In this document: positions 37,800 through 47,505 of the stretch, in pieces
How positions within the stretch are numbered: the stretch's first letter is position 1
Layout: every line of letters starts with the position of its first letter
Source of the DNA: Candidatus Melainabacteria bacterium
GTDB lineage: Bacteria > Cyanobacteriota > Vampirovibrionia > LMEP-6097
Reading direction: 5' to 3'
DNA length: 64,000 nucleotides
NCBI GenBank assembly: GCA_005110385.1
Contig: DUDT01000002.1
Coordinates: forward strand, 27,854 to 91,853
The notes under the pieces: generated by a model
Told to the model about the DNA's origin: nothing
Seen by the model: the letters and a program-made list of their open reading frames with translations, nothing else
The model's database searches: none
Made by a program: the position numbers and the translations under genes

Positions 37800-40700
37800 T
37801 TAAGTAATACTCGAATGTGAGCTTAACTGATTTAAAATCTTCTCCATCTCGGCATCAGGGTTTTTAACCCAATCTCTAGACCAGACTTTACAAACATTCC
37901 ACCCTAAAGACTGCATAACCTGCTTTCTAAGACGCTCTCTATCTCTAATACTTTTAGCGGATTTATAGAAGTAACCGTCAAGTTCTATGCCTAAACTGTA
38001 GTGTTCAGGGTTTTCTCTGTCCCTGACTGCCAAATCCACCTTATATGCTGAAGAGCCTAGGAATTGGTCTACTATAAAGCCCTTCGCCTCAAGTGCCTTC
38101 GCAATTATCTTATGTATATCACCACTTTCATTTAGTGAGGTTTTTAAATAAGCTTTCGCTGTACTTAAAAATTGCGTTTCAGCATATTTTAAATACTCCT
38201 TAAGCATTCGCACTCCTCTAGCGTTAGATCTGCTTAAATCTATATCTGCTGAATTAATTGAGCTAAAGATTTTAATTTTATTTCTCGCACGAGTAATAGC
38301 TACATTCAGCCTTCTATGACCACCTTCACGATTTAAAGGTCCGAAATTATGAGAAAGATTCCCTTTTTTATCACGAGCGTAGCCTACGCTAAAGAAAATA
38401 AAGTCTCTTTCATCACCCTGAACATTTTCCAAGTTCTTTATAAATAAATCATTTGCGATAATAGCTTCACTAATTTCAGCATCTTTTCTAAGAACATTTA
38501 ATAATTCTCTCTCTATGGCCATCTGCTGCGCTTCAGAAAAGGCGATAACTCCTAAAGTGTAATTTCTATATGGGCCAGAATAGTGATTAACAATAGCTTC
38601 AGCCACCGTCCTAGCTTCTTTCTTATTAAACCTAGCCCCCTTCTCAAATTTGCCATCTGGAACCAATTCAAAGTGAACCCCAAACTCCTCACTCTGCTTA
38701 ACTGGCGAAGGAAAAGTAATTAATTGACCATCGTAAATATAATGATTTGAAAATTGAATTAAATCCTCATGTTTACTTCTGTAATGCCAGACTAAATCCT
38801 TTTTCGGTAAAAATACTGCACACTCATCAAGTACACTTTCAAAATTTCTTTTCTCAGTATCATCGTCATCATCTTCTTCATTCGCAAAAGAATTAAAGAA
38901 ATTAGTCGGTGGTAACTGATTAGTATCTCCAGCTAAAATAAGCTGCTTGCCTCGATAAATAGCAGGTATCGCATCCTCAGTACGGATCTGCGAAGCCTCA
39001 TCAAATATAATTAAATCAAATCTAAAAGTCTTATCAATAAGCTCATTATCTATCTCTCCTTCAGTATTTAAAAGCTGACTTACTGAAAGAGGACTCATCA
39101 TCCAACAAGGCTTTAAAGTTTGTAAAAGATTAGGAATCTCACGAATTAAGACTCTAACTGGCTTATGTCTTTTCTTTTTATTAATTTCTAAATTAAAAAT
39201 ATCTAAAGCACGTTGGTTAATAGGATTAGCATAATATTCAAGCCAATTTAAAGCTAATCTCTCACAGAGTTTTCGTCTAACATTCTCTATCTGATCTTTA
39301 TCTAATTTTATAAACTTCTCAGTAAGCAGTGCCTGAGCAGAACCACTAAACTTACGAATATTCGGATTCTCTATCTCTATCTTATCTATCCATGACTGAT
39401 AGAACTTACTTAAGAAAATCTTTTCTAAAATCTCGCTACTAAAGTTATTTACACCTAGATCAGCACTATAAACCCCGTTGTATAAAGCTTCGCCATCGGT
39501 ATTAGAATTTACTATAGCTTCAAAAAGCTGACCTAAACCTAAATCTATAGCTCTATTTTTTAAATTTCTAAATTCCAGCCAGTCCTCTATCTGCACTATG
39601 TTTTTAATCAGATCATCAAAATGCTCATCAAATTCTTTAAAAGAAAGGTTTTCTATATCGACGTTAGGTACGGGAAAAAGCTTATAGTAAAAATCCACAT
39701 GCCCTTTAAATAATTCAAAAGCTTTCAGGAACTCATAAGCAGCTGTTTGAAAATTTTTAAAAGCTTCTTCATTATCACTCTCAGCTAAAATTTCAGCTAA
39801 ATTCTTAGGTAATTCATCTAACTCTAATTTTCCAATAATTTTCTTAACCCAGTTAATTGCTGTTAAAGTCTCTTGCCAGTTAGTATTATATTTTTTGTAA
39901 AAATTTCCCAGATTATAAGAGAGATCTGTATCCTGCTTCGCGAGCTGATCCTGCTTCTTATCTAATTCAGCAGCTTGCTCTAGATCTCTAATTAAAGAAT
40001 GTAAACCTTTAACTTGGTCATACAGGGCGAGTTCTTTAATACGCTTCATATCTTTCCAGTAATTTATATTTAAAAACCTGAAAATATTATCATCACTGTA
40101 ATCAGACCTAAATTTAGCTAAAAGATCAAAATGATCTAGATTTAAGAATTCACTACTATACTGACTGAGTAGATTTTCTTTTATAGAATAATATTCTTCA
40201 TATTTATCTTTAGCCTTAAGAGTAGCTGACTCTATTTCTTTAATCTTAGTCTTAGATAACCAGCTCTCCTGCGGGAATGGTGAATCTATAGCTAAGCGTG
40301 TCGCCTCAGCTAACCATTTAAGCTCATTTAAAGAATTTATTTTTCTATTGAAATACCTTTCAGCTATAGGACCAGCTAATTGAAATAGTTTCTGAGCAAG
40401 GCTTCTAGCTTCTATAAGATTAGATCTAATCTCATTTTCCAGTTCATAATTAATCTGTTCTATACGAACGTTACGCCAGATAAATTTATGATAATTATTT
40501 ATGATAAAAGACTTTCTACCGAAATCTTCAAAGAAAAATCTAAGATCATAAAGCTCTTTCTCGCCGATTCTTTCGATATTTCTAATAGTAAATTCAAGCT
40601 GCGGATAAGCTCTTAAATCCCAATTAATTAAACTTACTTTAGAATACAGCTGATAAAGAGAAAGATTAACGGGATATCTAACCTTATGAAACTCATTAAG

Positions 40701-42011
40701 GTTCTGGTCTAATTCCTCTTTTAGCCTATCTAATGGTTCTACATAAAGCTCTGGATCAGCTTTTAAAGCTAATTTTTTAACTTCCTCATTAGAGCTAGCC
40801 AGCTTCTGCATAATACTAGCTTTGCTCTGCTGTGAACCATGAAGATCTAAACAGAACTGATCGAGATTAGCTAATTTAAGCCTTTCATAGACTACATCTA
40901 GAGCTGCTTTCTTTTCACTAACGAATAATATTTTCTTGCCTTGGGCTAATGACTCAGAGATTATATTTGCGATAGTCTGTGATTTACCAGTACCAGGCGG
41001 TCCTTGCAAAACAAAGCTCTGCCCTTCCCTAGCACTATAAATCGCAGCCTGCTGGCTGCTGTCAGCATCTAGAATCTGAAAAGACTCTAGAGATTTATAT
41101 TTCTGATCTATATTTTCTGGCTTAACATCTGCATAATTCTGCGTCAGACTAAATGAGGTAGAGCTTAATCCATGCCCCGAAACCCTTTTAACAATCGGAT
41201 GCTCTTCTATAAGCTTCTGATTAGTCTCTAAATCCTGATACATAGAGAGCTTCGCAAAAGAAAAAAGACTTAGATAATTCTCGTCGACTAGTTTCCATGA
41301 TTTGGTAAGATCACCATACACATCTAATATTTTCTGTAACTCACTAAATAGCTCAGTTATTGGAAGATTTTCACTAATAATCTCTTCTAACTTATCTTCT
41401 AAAGGACTTAAATCAATAGCAAAATCTCTTTTAAATTTATAAGCGAGCGTAGGATTCACTCTGAGCTCATCTTGCAAAATTTCTAATCGATAAGAACCAC
41501 TGAGTCCCTTACGTGTCAAACAAGCTGGTACTAACAATACTGGTGATTCAAAGACCGAATCTTCATCCGAGGATTTATCCTGCCAGTGTAAAAAATTTAA
41601 AGCAACAAAAAGTATATTCACGCCCTGATCGCTAAGACTATCTCTAGAACGAGAACGCAGCCTAGATAACACTAGCTCAAGCTCTCTATCATCTTTATCT
41701 GTAAGTAAAATATTTGCCGTATCCTCATCTAATATCGTAGTAATACTCGACATATCGAAGATGCTCTCATCGAAAGCCATTTCATCTTCAGCTTCTAGCC
41801 CAAGTCCATCATCTAAGCTCTCTATCGGAGCTGCCTGCGGCTTAGATTTAAAACCTAAGTCCTTCTGTTCAAGAACAAATTTTCTGAAAACTTCTTCAGC
41901 TGATTCTATAAGATTTACAGAGGGGCCTAAATTTTTCTTAAAGTGCAGAAGTTTATTTCTGCGACTAAAATCTATTAGACTGTTTTTCCATCTGTCAAAA
42001 GAAATTGACAT
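37800..42011 (-). CDS. DUF4011-like N-terminal region, Upf1/DNA2-like SF1 helicase and C-terminal Vsr/DUF559-like PD-(D/E)xK nuclease-like domain (1403 aa)
   Basis: 'LQGPPGTGKSQTIANII' Walker A, 'LIIFDEASQI' Walker B, 'VAITRARNKIKIFSS' motif VI. The C-terminal end 'DLAV..E....LGIELDGYFYKS...DRERLRKQVMQSLGWNV' resembles a DUF559/Vsr fold. Confidence 0.7.
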   Translation of the reverse strand: MSISFDRWKNSLIDFSRRNKLLHFKKNLGPSVNLIESAEEVFRKFVLEQKDLGFKSKPQAAPIESLDDGLGLEAEDEMAFDESIFDMSSITTILDEDTANILLTDKDDRELELVLSRLRSRSRDSLSDQGVNILFVALNFLHWQDKSSDEDSVFESPVLLVPACLTRKGLSGSYRLEILQDELRVNPTLAYKFKRDFAIDLSPLEDKLEEIISENLPITELFSELQKILDVYGDLTKSWKLVDENYLSLFSFAKLSMYQDLETNQKLIEEHPIVKRVSGHGLSSTSFSLTQNYADVKPENIDQKYKSLESFQILDADSSQQAAIYSAREGQSFVLQGPPGTGKSQTIANIISESLAQGKKILFVSEKKAALDVVYERLKLANLDQFCLDLHGSQQSKASIMQKLASSNEEVKKLALKADPELYVEPLDRLKEELDQNLNEFHKVRYPVNLSLYQLYSKVSLINWDLRAYPQLEFTIRNIERIGEKELYDLRFFFEDFGRKSFIINNYHKFIWRNVRIEQINYELENEIRSNLIEARSLAQKLFQLAGPIAERYFNRKINSLNELKWLAEATRLAIDSPFPQESWLSKTKIKEIESATLKAKDKYEEYYSIKENLLSQYSSEFLNLDHFDLLAKFRSDYSDDNIFRFLNINYWKDMKRIKELALYDQVKGLHSLIRDLEQAAELDKKQDQLAKQDTDLSYNLGNFYKKYNTNWQETLTAINWVKKIIGKLELDELPKNLAEILAESDNEEAFKNFQTAAYEFLKAFELFKGHVDFYYKLFPVPNVDIENLSFKEFDEHFDDLIKNIVQIEDWLEFRNLKNRAIDLGLGQLFEAIVNSNTDGEALYNGVYSADLGVNNFSSEILEKIFLSKFYQSWIDKIEIENPNIRKFSGSAQALLTEKFIKLDKDQIENVRRKLCERLALNWLEYYANPINQRALDIFNLEINKKKRHKPVRVLIREIPNLLQTLKPCWMMSPLSVSQLLNTEGEIDNELIDKTFRFDLIIFDEASQIRTEDAIPAIYRGKQLILAGDTNQLPPTNFFNSFANEEDDDDDTEKRNFESVLDECAVFLPKKDLVWHYRSKHEDLIQFSNHYIYDGQLITFPSPVKQSEEFGVHFELVPDGKFEKGARFNKKEARTVAEAIVNHYSGPYRNYTLGVIAFSEAQQMAIERELLNVLRKDAEISEAIIANDLFIKNLENVQGDERDFIFFSVGYARDKKGNLSHNFGPLNREGGHRRLNVAITRARNKIKIFSSINSADIDLSRSNARGVRMLKEYLKYAETQFLSTAKAYLKTSLNESGDIHKIIAKALEAKGFIVDQFLGSSAYKVDLAVRDRENPEHYSLGIELDGYFYKSAKSIRDRERLRKQVMQSLGWNVCKVWSRDWVKNPDAEMEKILNQLSSHSSIT

Positions 42012-42060
42012 AAGTAGATTATATAGGTCTTATGGCGTGCATTCAATGGGGTAAATCGAA

Positions 42061-42450
42061 TTATTCAGCTTTAATAGCCGCAGCAGCTTCTGCTTCTTTC
42101 TCTTTACGCTTTTTCTCAGCCTTGCCTATTTTAGTATTCTTCTCTTTAAGCTTAGCTTTCTTTTCTAATTTAGCTGCTTTAGTTTCAGCGATAAACTTAA
42201 ATGGCCCTTCAGCTAAGTTATGAGTAATTTCCTTAGTCATAAGCTTAGAGAGCGTTTCAGACATCTGAGCACCTACTTTAATCCAGTGTTCAAACTTTTC
42301 TTTATTAACTACTAACTCTTTAGTATGTGGGTTATAAAAGCCTATTCTGTCAACGGGCTTACCGTCTCTCTTAACAGTACTGTGCATGACAGATATTCTG
42401 TATATTGGGAATTTTTTCTTACCGAATCTTTGAAGCCTAATTTTAAGCAT
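42061..42450 (-). CDS. rpsP: 30S ribosomal protein S16 with a Lys/Ala-rich C-terminal extension
   Basis: 'MLKIRLQRFGKKKFPIYRI' is the canonical S16 N-terminus. Confidence 0.85.
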   Translation of the reverse strand: MLKIRLQRFGKKKFPIYRISVMHSTVKRDGKPVDRIGFYNPHTKELVVNKEKFEHWIKVGAQMSETLSKLMTKEITHNLAEGPFKFIAETKAAKLEKKAKLKEKNTKIGKAEKKRKEKEAEAAAAIKAE

Positions 42451-42518
42451 AGGGAACTTATTTTACATTACTTAGGATAATTCTGCAAGGGAGAATTTCA
42501 ATTAACTATTAATTAAAA

Positions 42519-42989
42519 CTAAACAGTAGCTTTAATTAAATTCTCAGCTTCAGCACTAGGACTTACAATCACAGAAAACTTCGCCTCTGGGAAATGAAGC
42601 TTAATTTCATTTTCAGCTGTTTCGGGAGCATCACTACCATGAATAGCGTTATCACCGATGCTCTTTGCAAAAGCTTTACGGATAGTACCTTCAGCAGCTT
42701 GCTCTGGATTAGTCGCTCCCATTAACTCACGAGCTTTCTCTATAACATTTTCACCTTCCCAAACCATACCAAGAATAGGGCCGGAAGTGAAAGATGAAAT
42801 AAGCTCACCGAAGAAAGGTCTTTCTTTATGCACAGCATAATGAGCTGCTGCTAATTCTTTAGAAGGAGTGTAAGCCTTCATCGCTAAACACTTAGCATCT
42901 AATTTTTCTTCAAGCATTTTAACGATGCCCACTGTATCGTGACGTTTAAAAGATTCTGGTTTAACTGCTAAAAAAGTTTTTTGTGACAT
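42519..42989 (-). CDS. ndk: Nucleoside diphosphate kinase. The true start is at the internal Met 'MSQKTFLAVKP'. The ORF track runs on to 43187 without homology.
   Basis: 'ERTFLAVKPD' and the 'NAIHGSD' active-site His motif. Confidence 0.85.
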   Translation of the reverse strand: MSQKTFLAVKPESFKRHDTVGIVKMLEEKLDAKCLAMKAYTPSKELAAAHYAVHKERPFFGELISSFTSGPILGMVWEGENVIEKARELMGATNPEQAAEGTIRKAFAKSIGDNAIHGSDAPETAENEIKLHFPEAKFSVIVSPSAEAENLIKATV

Positions 42990-43027
42990 AGATACTGAGT
43001 ATAGCAAAAAATATTTACTGAGGCTTT

Positions 43028-43062
43028 TGGACAAATCAAGGATTATATCCCTGATTTGTCCA
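43028..43062. promoter_or_regulatory. Near-perfect 15-bp inverted repeat, TTGGACAAATCAAGG-N8-CCCTGATTTGTCCAA, between the divergent ndk and ATPase paralog 5
   Basis: Read directly: 'tttggacaaatcaaggattatatccctgatttgtccaaaa'. Confidence 0.5.
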
Positions 43063-43083
43063 AAACTGTGGTATAAGATTAAC

Positions 43084-44280
43084 GTGATCAAAAGAGAAAT
43101 AGAAGGACATTTAGAAAGAATTTCCTCCCAATATCCCGTAATCACCCTAACTGGACCAAGACAGACGGGGAAAACTTTTCTTGCCAAAAATTATTTTAAA
43201 AATAAACCCTACTTTAATTTAGAAGATTTAGAGTTACGTGAATTCGCATTAAATGATCCAAAAGGATTTCTCGGTCAAATGAAAGATGGTGGCATCATAG
43301 ATGAAATACAGCATGTACCCGAATTAATATCCTACATCCAAGTCATAGTCGATAAACATAGAGATAAAAAAGCTCAATTTATTCTCACTGGCTCACAACA
43401 ATTCGCTTTAATGAAAAGCATTAGCCAATCTTTAGCAGGTAGAACCAGCGTTATAAACCTTTTACCATGTAGTATTCAAGAAATATATAATTCAAAACGT
43501 ACTAATGAAATAAAAGACTTTAAAACAGAAATCAATGATAAAAATTTCTTTATTTACTATGGCTTTTACCCTGCTATCTACAAAGATAAAATCAACCCTA
43601 GTCATTTCTATGCTGACTACGTAAAAACTTACCTCGAAAGAGACTTAAACCAGTTACAGCAAATTCAAAACATCAGCCTATTTAGAAAATTTCTACGCGC
43701 CTGTGCAAGCAGAATAGGGCAGGTTTTAAATAAAGAGAGCCTTGGTAATGATATAGGCATCGATGCTAGTACCGTAGAGAGATGGCTTACTGTTCTAGAA
43801 ACCAGTTACATACTGTTTCGTCTAGAGCCTTATTTCGCTAATATTAATAAGCGCCTGATTAAATCACCCAAATTATATTTTTATGACGTCGGCTTAGCCA
43901 CTTATCTACTAAATATCAAAAGCCAATCACAGATTGATACACACCCCCTAAAAGGGTATCTTTTTGAAAATATGATAGTTATGGAGTTTTTAAAATCTAG
44001 ATTCAATCAAGGAAAAAATAATAATCTGAATTTTTATCGCGATAAAACTAAAGAAGTGGATCTCATAATGCGTGAGTCAGCTCATTTTACAGCTGTGGAG
44101 ATTAAATATGCAGAAACCATAAAAAATAATCTCTGGGAATCTTTAGACTATGTTTCTAAACTCTTCCCGAAAGAGTGTAATAAAAGAATCTTAGTTTATG
44201 GTGGAGCTGAAGAGCAGAATAGGACTGGGTTAAGAGTGATTCCATTTAATGAAGTTGGCAATCAAAATTCTGACAGCTAA
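43084..44280 (+). CDS. AAA+ ATPase, COG1373/DUF4143 family (paralog 5). The likely GTG start aligns with paralog 1 ('IKREIEGHL' vs 'IKREVQIDKL'). The ORF track starts at a TTG at 43027.
   Basis: 'ITLTGPRQTGKTFLAK' and 'GGIIDEIQH', with a DUF4143-like C-terminus. Confidence 0.7.
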   Translation: MIKREIEGHLERISSQYPVITLTGPRQTGKTFLAKNYFKNKPYFNLEDLELREFALNDPKGFLGQMKDGGIIDEIQHVPELISYIQVIVDKHRDKKAQFILTGSQQFALMKSISQSLAGRTSVINLLPCSIQEIYNSKRTNEIKDFKTEINDKNFFIYYGFYPAIYKDKINPSHFYADYVKTYLERDLNQLQQIQNISLFRKFLRACASRIGQVLNKESLGNDIGIDASTVERWLTVLETSYILFRLEPYFANINKRLIKSPKLYFYDVGLATYLLNIKSQSQIDTHPLKGYLFENMIVMEFLKSRFNQGKNNNLNFYRDKTKEVDLIMRESAHFTAVEIKYAETIKNNLWESLDYVSKLFPKECNKRILVYGGAEEQNRTGLRVIPFNEVGNQNSDS

Positions 44281-44295
44281 TGCCTAATTTATACT

Positions 44296-45531
44296 TTACC
44301 TAGCCATGCCTATCTTCTGAGCACGCTGATAAACCTTACCTTCAGTAAGTATCCCAGGAGCTACTATAACTTCAACTTCCTGCATCTCTTTTATAGTATG
44401 GGCTCCAAGCGTCGCCATAGAAGTTTTTAAAGCTCCTACTAAATTTTGACTGCCATCATCATATATAGCTGGACCGTGTAAAAGCTCTTTAGTAGTGCAT
44501 TCTGTGCCTACTTGGATTCTAGTACCACGTGGCAGTACTGGACTAGGTGTCGCCATACCCCAATGAAAACCTCTACCCGGTGCTTCTTTAGTCCTAGCAA
44601 AAGGTGAACCAATCATAACGCCATCAGCACCACAGGCTATCGCCTTACAGATATCACCACCAACAGCCATACCACCATCAGCGATAACTGGAATATATTT
44701 ACCAGTCTGTTTAAAATACTCTATCTGAGCAGCTTTACAGTCAGCTATAGAAGTAGCCATCGGTACACCAATACCAAGTACCCCCCTCGACGTACAGGCT
44801 GCACCAGGTCCTATTCCTATAAGCAAACCTGAAATCCCTGTGTCCATAAGCTTTAAAGCCACATTATAATCAGTGCAGTTTCCTAATATGACTGGTACAG
44901 ATCTTTCACTACAAAACTTCTTAATATCAAGAATGGTTTCAGGATTCGCATTAGCTTTAGATTCTAGAGAATGATGTTCTAAACCTACCACCGTTACCTG
45001 CATAAATATCATGTCTACGCCAGCTTCCTCTAGAATAGGGGCATATCTATTAGCATTAAATGGGGCTAAAGCTACGGCTGCGACAGCACCAGAAGCTTTT
45101 ATTTTTTTAACAGCTGCATAAATCAGCTCATCTTTAATCGGCTCTTGATATATCTTTCGCATTAAAGACACGTATTCTTCTCTAGAAGAAGCTGCTATCT
45201 GATCTAAAATCGCATTATAATTTTCATAACGAGTGTATATCCCTTGTAGATTTAAAACGGCAAGAGCATGATTCTCAGAAATCACTCCTGCATTATCAGG
45301 GCTGACTACACTATCCATAGCACTTGCGATAATAGGCGTACTTAAATTTAACCCACCTATCTGCCAGCTAGTATCACAAAGCTCTATGTCCAAAGTATTT
45401 CCGTTAGGTACTAAAGAAATCTCATCGAAACCATATGTCCTTCTTGCCTTCTTGGCTCTGCCTATACTGACATAATCATATTCAAATCCAGTCTCTGTAT
45501 ATATTTCGTTCATACCTATTCCTCTAATCAT
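44296..45531 (-). CDS. IMP dehydrogenase / GMP reductase family protein lacking the CBS subdomain
   Basis: '[24 protein letters not shown]' (catalytic Cys loop) and '[28 protein letters not shown]'. Confidence 0.75.
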   Translation of the reverse strand: MIRGIGMNEIYTETGFEYDYVSIGRAKKARRTYGFDEISLVPNGNTLDIELCDTSWQIGGLNLSTPIIASAMDSVVSPDNAGVISENHALAVLNLQGIYTRYENYNAILDQIAASSREEYVSLMRKIYQEPIKDELIYAAVKKIKASGAVAAVALAPFNANRYAPILEEAGVDMIFMQVTVVGLEHHSLESKANANPETILDIKKFCSERSVPVILGNCTDYNVALKLMDTGISGLLIGIGPGAACTSRGVLGIGVPMATSIADCKAAQIEYFKQTGKYIPVIADGGMAVGGDICKAIACGADGVMIGSPFARTKEAPGRGFHWGMATPSPVLPRGTRIQVGTECTTKELLHGPAIYDDGSQNLVGALKTSMATLGAHTIKEMQEVEVIVAPGILTEGKVYQRAQKIGMAR

Positions 45532-45589
45532 TTTCCCTATTTCCTTAATTCCCTAATTAATCTATTCAACTAACTTATTTTAATTAAAA

Positions 45590-47308
45590 CTACTCCCACT
45601 CTATAGTCGCTGGTGGCTTACTGGTTATGTCATAGACCACTCTATTGACGCCATCTACTTCATTAATAATGCGATTACTAATTTTCGCTAAAAGTTCATA
45701 AGGCATTCTTGCCCAATCTGCGGTCATAGCATCTTCACTGGTAACGGCTCTTAAGACTATCGGATGTGCGTAAGTTCTTTTATCACCCATCACACCGACG
45801 GATTTAACTGGTAAAACCGCTGTAAATATCTGCCAAACAAAATCATAGGCATTAGCTTTTATTAACTCTTCACGCACTATAAAATCTGAATCAGCGACCA
45901 TCTTAAGTTTATCTTCAGTAAGTTCACCTAGAACTCTTATAGCTAAACCTGGTCCAGGAAAAGGATGTCTGCGTACGATATATTCTGGGACGCCTAAAGC
46001 TTTAGCTAACTCTCTAACCTCATCTTTAAAGAGAGTCTTTAAAGGCTCTATGAGAGTGAATTTCAGGTCATCAGGCAAACCACCTACATTGTGGTGTGAC
46101 TTAATACTTGCAGCCACTCTTTTACCAGTTTTACTGTCTATGCGAACCCCTGAAGATTCTATTAAGTCAGAATAGAGAGTACCCTGTGCTAAAAATTTTA
46201 TTTCCATTTCACTGCACTGCTTATGCATAACAAGCTCTGCTTTTTCGCTATCACTACTAATAGATGCAGCTGAAAGAGCAAGGGTTGGGGCTTTCAATTT
46301 CGTAACTTCTTCCTGAAAAGTATAGATAAACTCTCTACCAATAATTTTCCGCTTCTGCTCAGGATCAGAAACACCAGCTAAAGCATTCATAAATTTTTCT
46401 TTAGCATTTATATACAATATCTGAATGCCAAAATCCTGCTTAAAGCTCTGCATTAGCTCCTCTGGCTCATTTTTACGCATAAAACCATGATCGATAAACA
46501 TGCAGATTAACTGATCGCCTACAGCTTCTTTCAGAAGAAAAGCCAGCGTAGAACTATCTACACCACCTGAAAGAGCCAGTAAGACTTTCTGTTCCCCCAC
46601 TGTATTTCTAATACTCTCTATTTGATCATTTATAAAAGACTGCATATCCCAGTCCTGAGAACATTTACAGATATTTAAAATAAAATTACTGATAATCTCA
46701 GTCCCGAATTCACTATGAGTAACCTCTGGGTGGAACTGTACTCCATAAAGCTTTCTAGCCGTATCTTCAAAAGCTGCTATCGCTGTATTGGCTGTTCTAG
46801 CAGAAATTTTAAAATGGCACTGCTCTGAGACATAATCACAGTGGCTCATCCACACAGAAATAGCTACTTCATCGCACTGCTCATGAACTCCAATTTCTAC
46901 GTTTTCGTCGTCCTCATACTTAATGCCATAAAACAATGAATTTTTATCGCCTTGAAAGCCAGTATTAATAAACAACTCAGCCTTACCATATTCTCTTGTA
47001 TCACTGCGCAGAACTTTAGCACCAAAATGATCTGCTAGAAGCTGCATCCCGTAACAGATTCCTAAAATAGGCACTGGTAAATCTAAAATAACTAAATCAC
47101 AGAGCAAAGCTTCTGAATCATAAATACTATTAGGACCACCCGAAAGAATAATCCCTTTTAAAATACCAGCCTCATAATCTTTCTTGATAAACTCAAATGA
47201 ATAATCAAAAGGTTTAACTTCACTATAAACTCGCAGCTGCCTTATTCGCTTAGCGATTAGCTCTGTATATTGAGACCCAAAGTCTAGAATAAGAATTTTT
47301 TCTTGCAT
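45590..47308 (-). CDS. guaA: GMP synthase (glutamine-hydrolysing), with a repeat-element insertion in the GATase domain
   Basis: GATase '[11 protein letters not shown]', PP-loop 'LSGGVDSST' and the C-terminal 'KPPATIEWE'. Inserted peptide '[17 protein letters not shown]'. Confidence 0.9.
   Translation of the reverse strand: MQEKILILDFGSQYTELIAKRIRQLRVYSEVKPFDYSFEFIKKDYEAGILKGIILSGGPNSIYDSEALLCDLVILDLPVPILGICYGMQLLADHFGAKVLRSDTREYGKAELFINTGFQGDKNSLFYGIKYEDDENVEIGVHEQCDEVAISVWMSHCDYVSEQCHFKISARTANTAIAAFEDTARKLYGVQFHPEVTHSEFGTEIISNFILNICKCSQDWDMQSFINDQIESIRNTVGEQKVLLALSGGVDSSTLAFLLKEAVGDQLICMFIDHGFMRKNEPEELMQSFKQDFGIQILYINAKEKFMNALAGVSDPEQKRKIIGREFIYTFQEEVTKLKAPTLALSAASISSDSEKAELVMHKQCSEMEIKFLAQGTLYSDLIESSGVRIDSKTGKRVAASIKSHHNVGGLPDDLKFTLIEPLKTLFKDEVRELAKALGVPEYIVRRHPFPGPGLAIRVLGELTEDKLKMVADSDFIVREELIKANAYDFVWQIFTAVLPVKSVGVMGDKRTYAHPIVLRAVTSEDAMTADWARMPYELLAKISNRIINEVDGVNRVVYDITSKPPATIEWE
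46871..46917 (-). repeat. Dispersed in-frame repeat element copy inside guaA (minus strand: ATGAGGACGACGAAAACGTAGAAATTGGAGTTCATGAGCAGTGCGAT)
   Basis: Same orientation as the host gene. Shares 'ATGAGGA.GACGAAAACG.AGAAATTGGAGTT' with the other copies. Confidence 0.8.
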
Positions 47309-47505
47309 TTATTTTAGATTTAGCTTTACTTCTGCTAAATTTTCAAGATCTCAAAGATAGGAGTAACCCCTTCTCCAAATCAGTGTTCTATGAATTTAAG
47401 TAAAATATTTTTTTAATTTATAAAAAAATATTGGATAGAAGTATAGCTAAAATTAAATAAAAAGTAAAGTCTTTCTAAACTATTTAATTTAAAGTAATCT
47501 CTACG

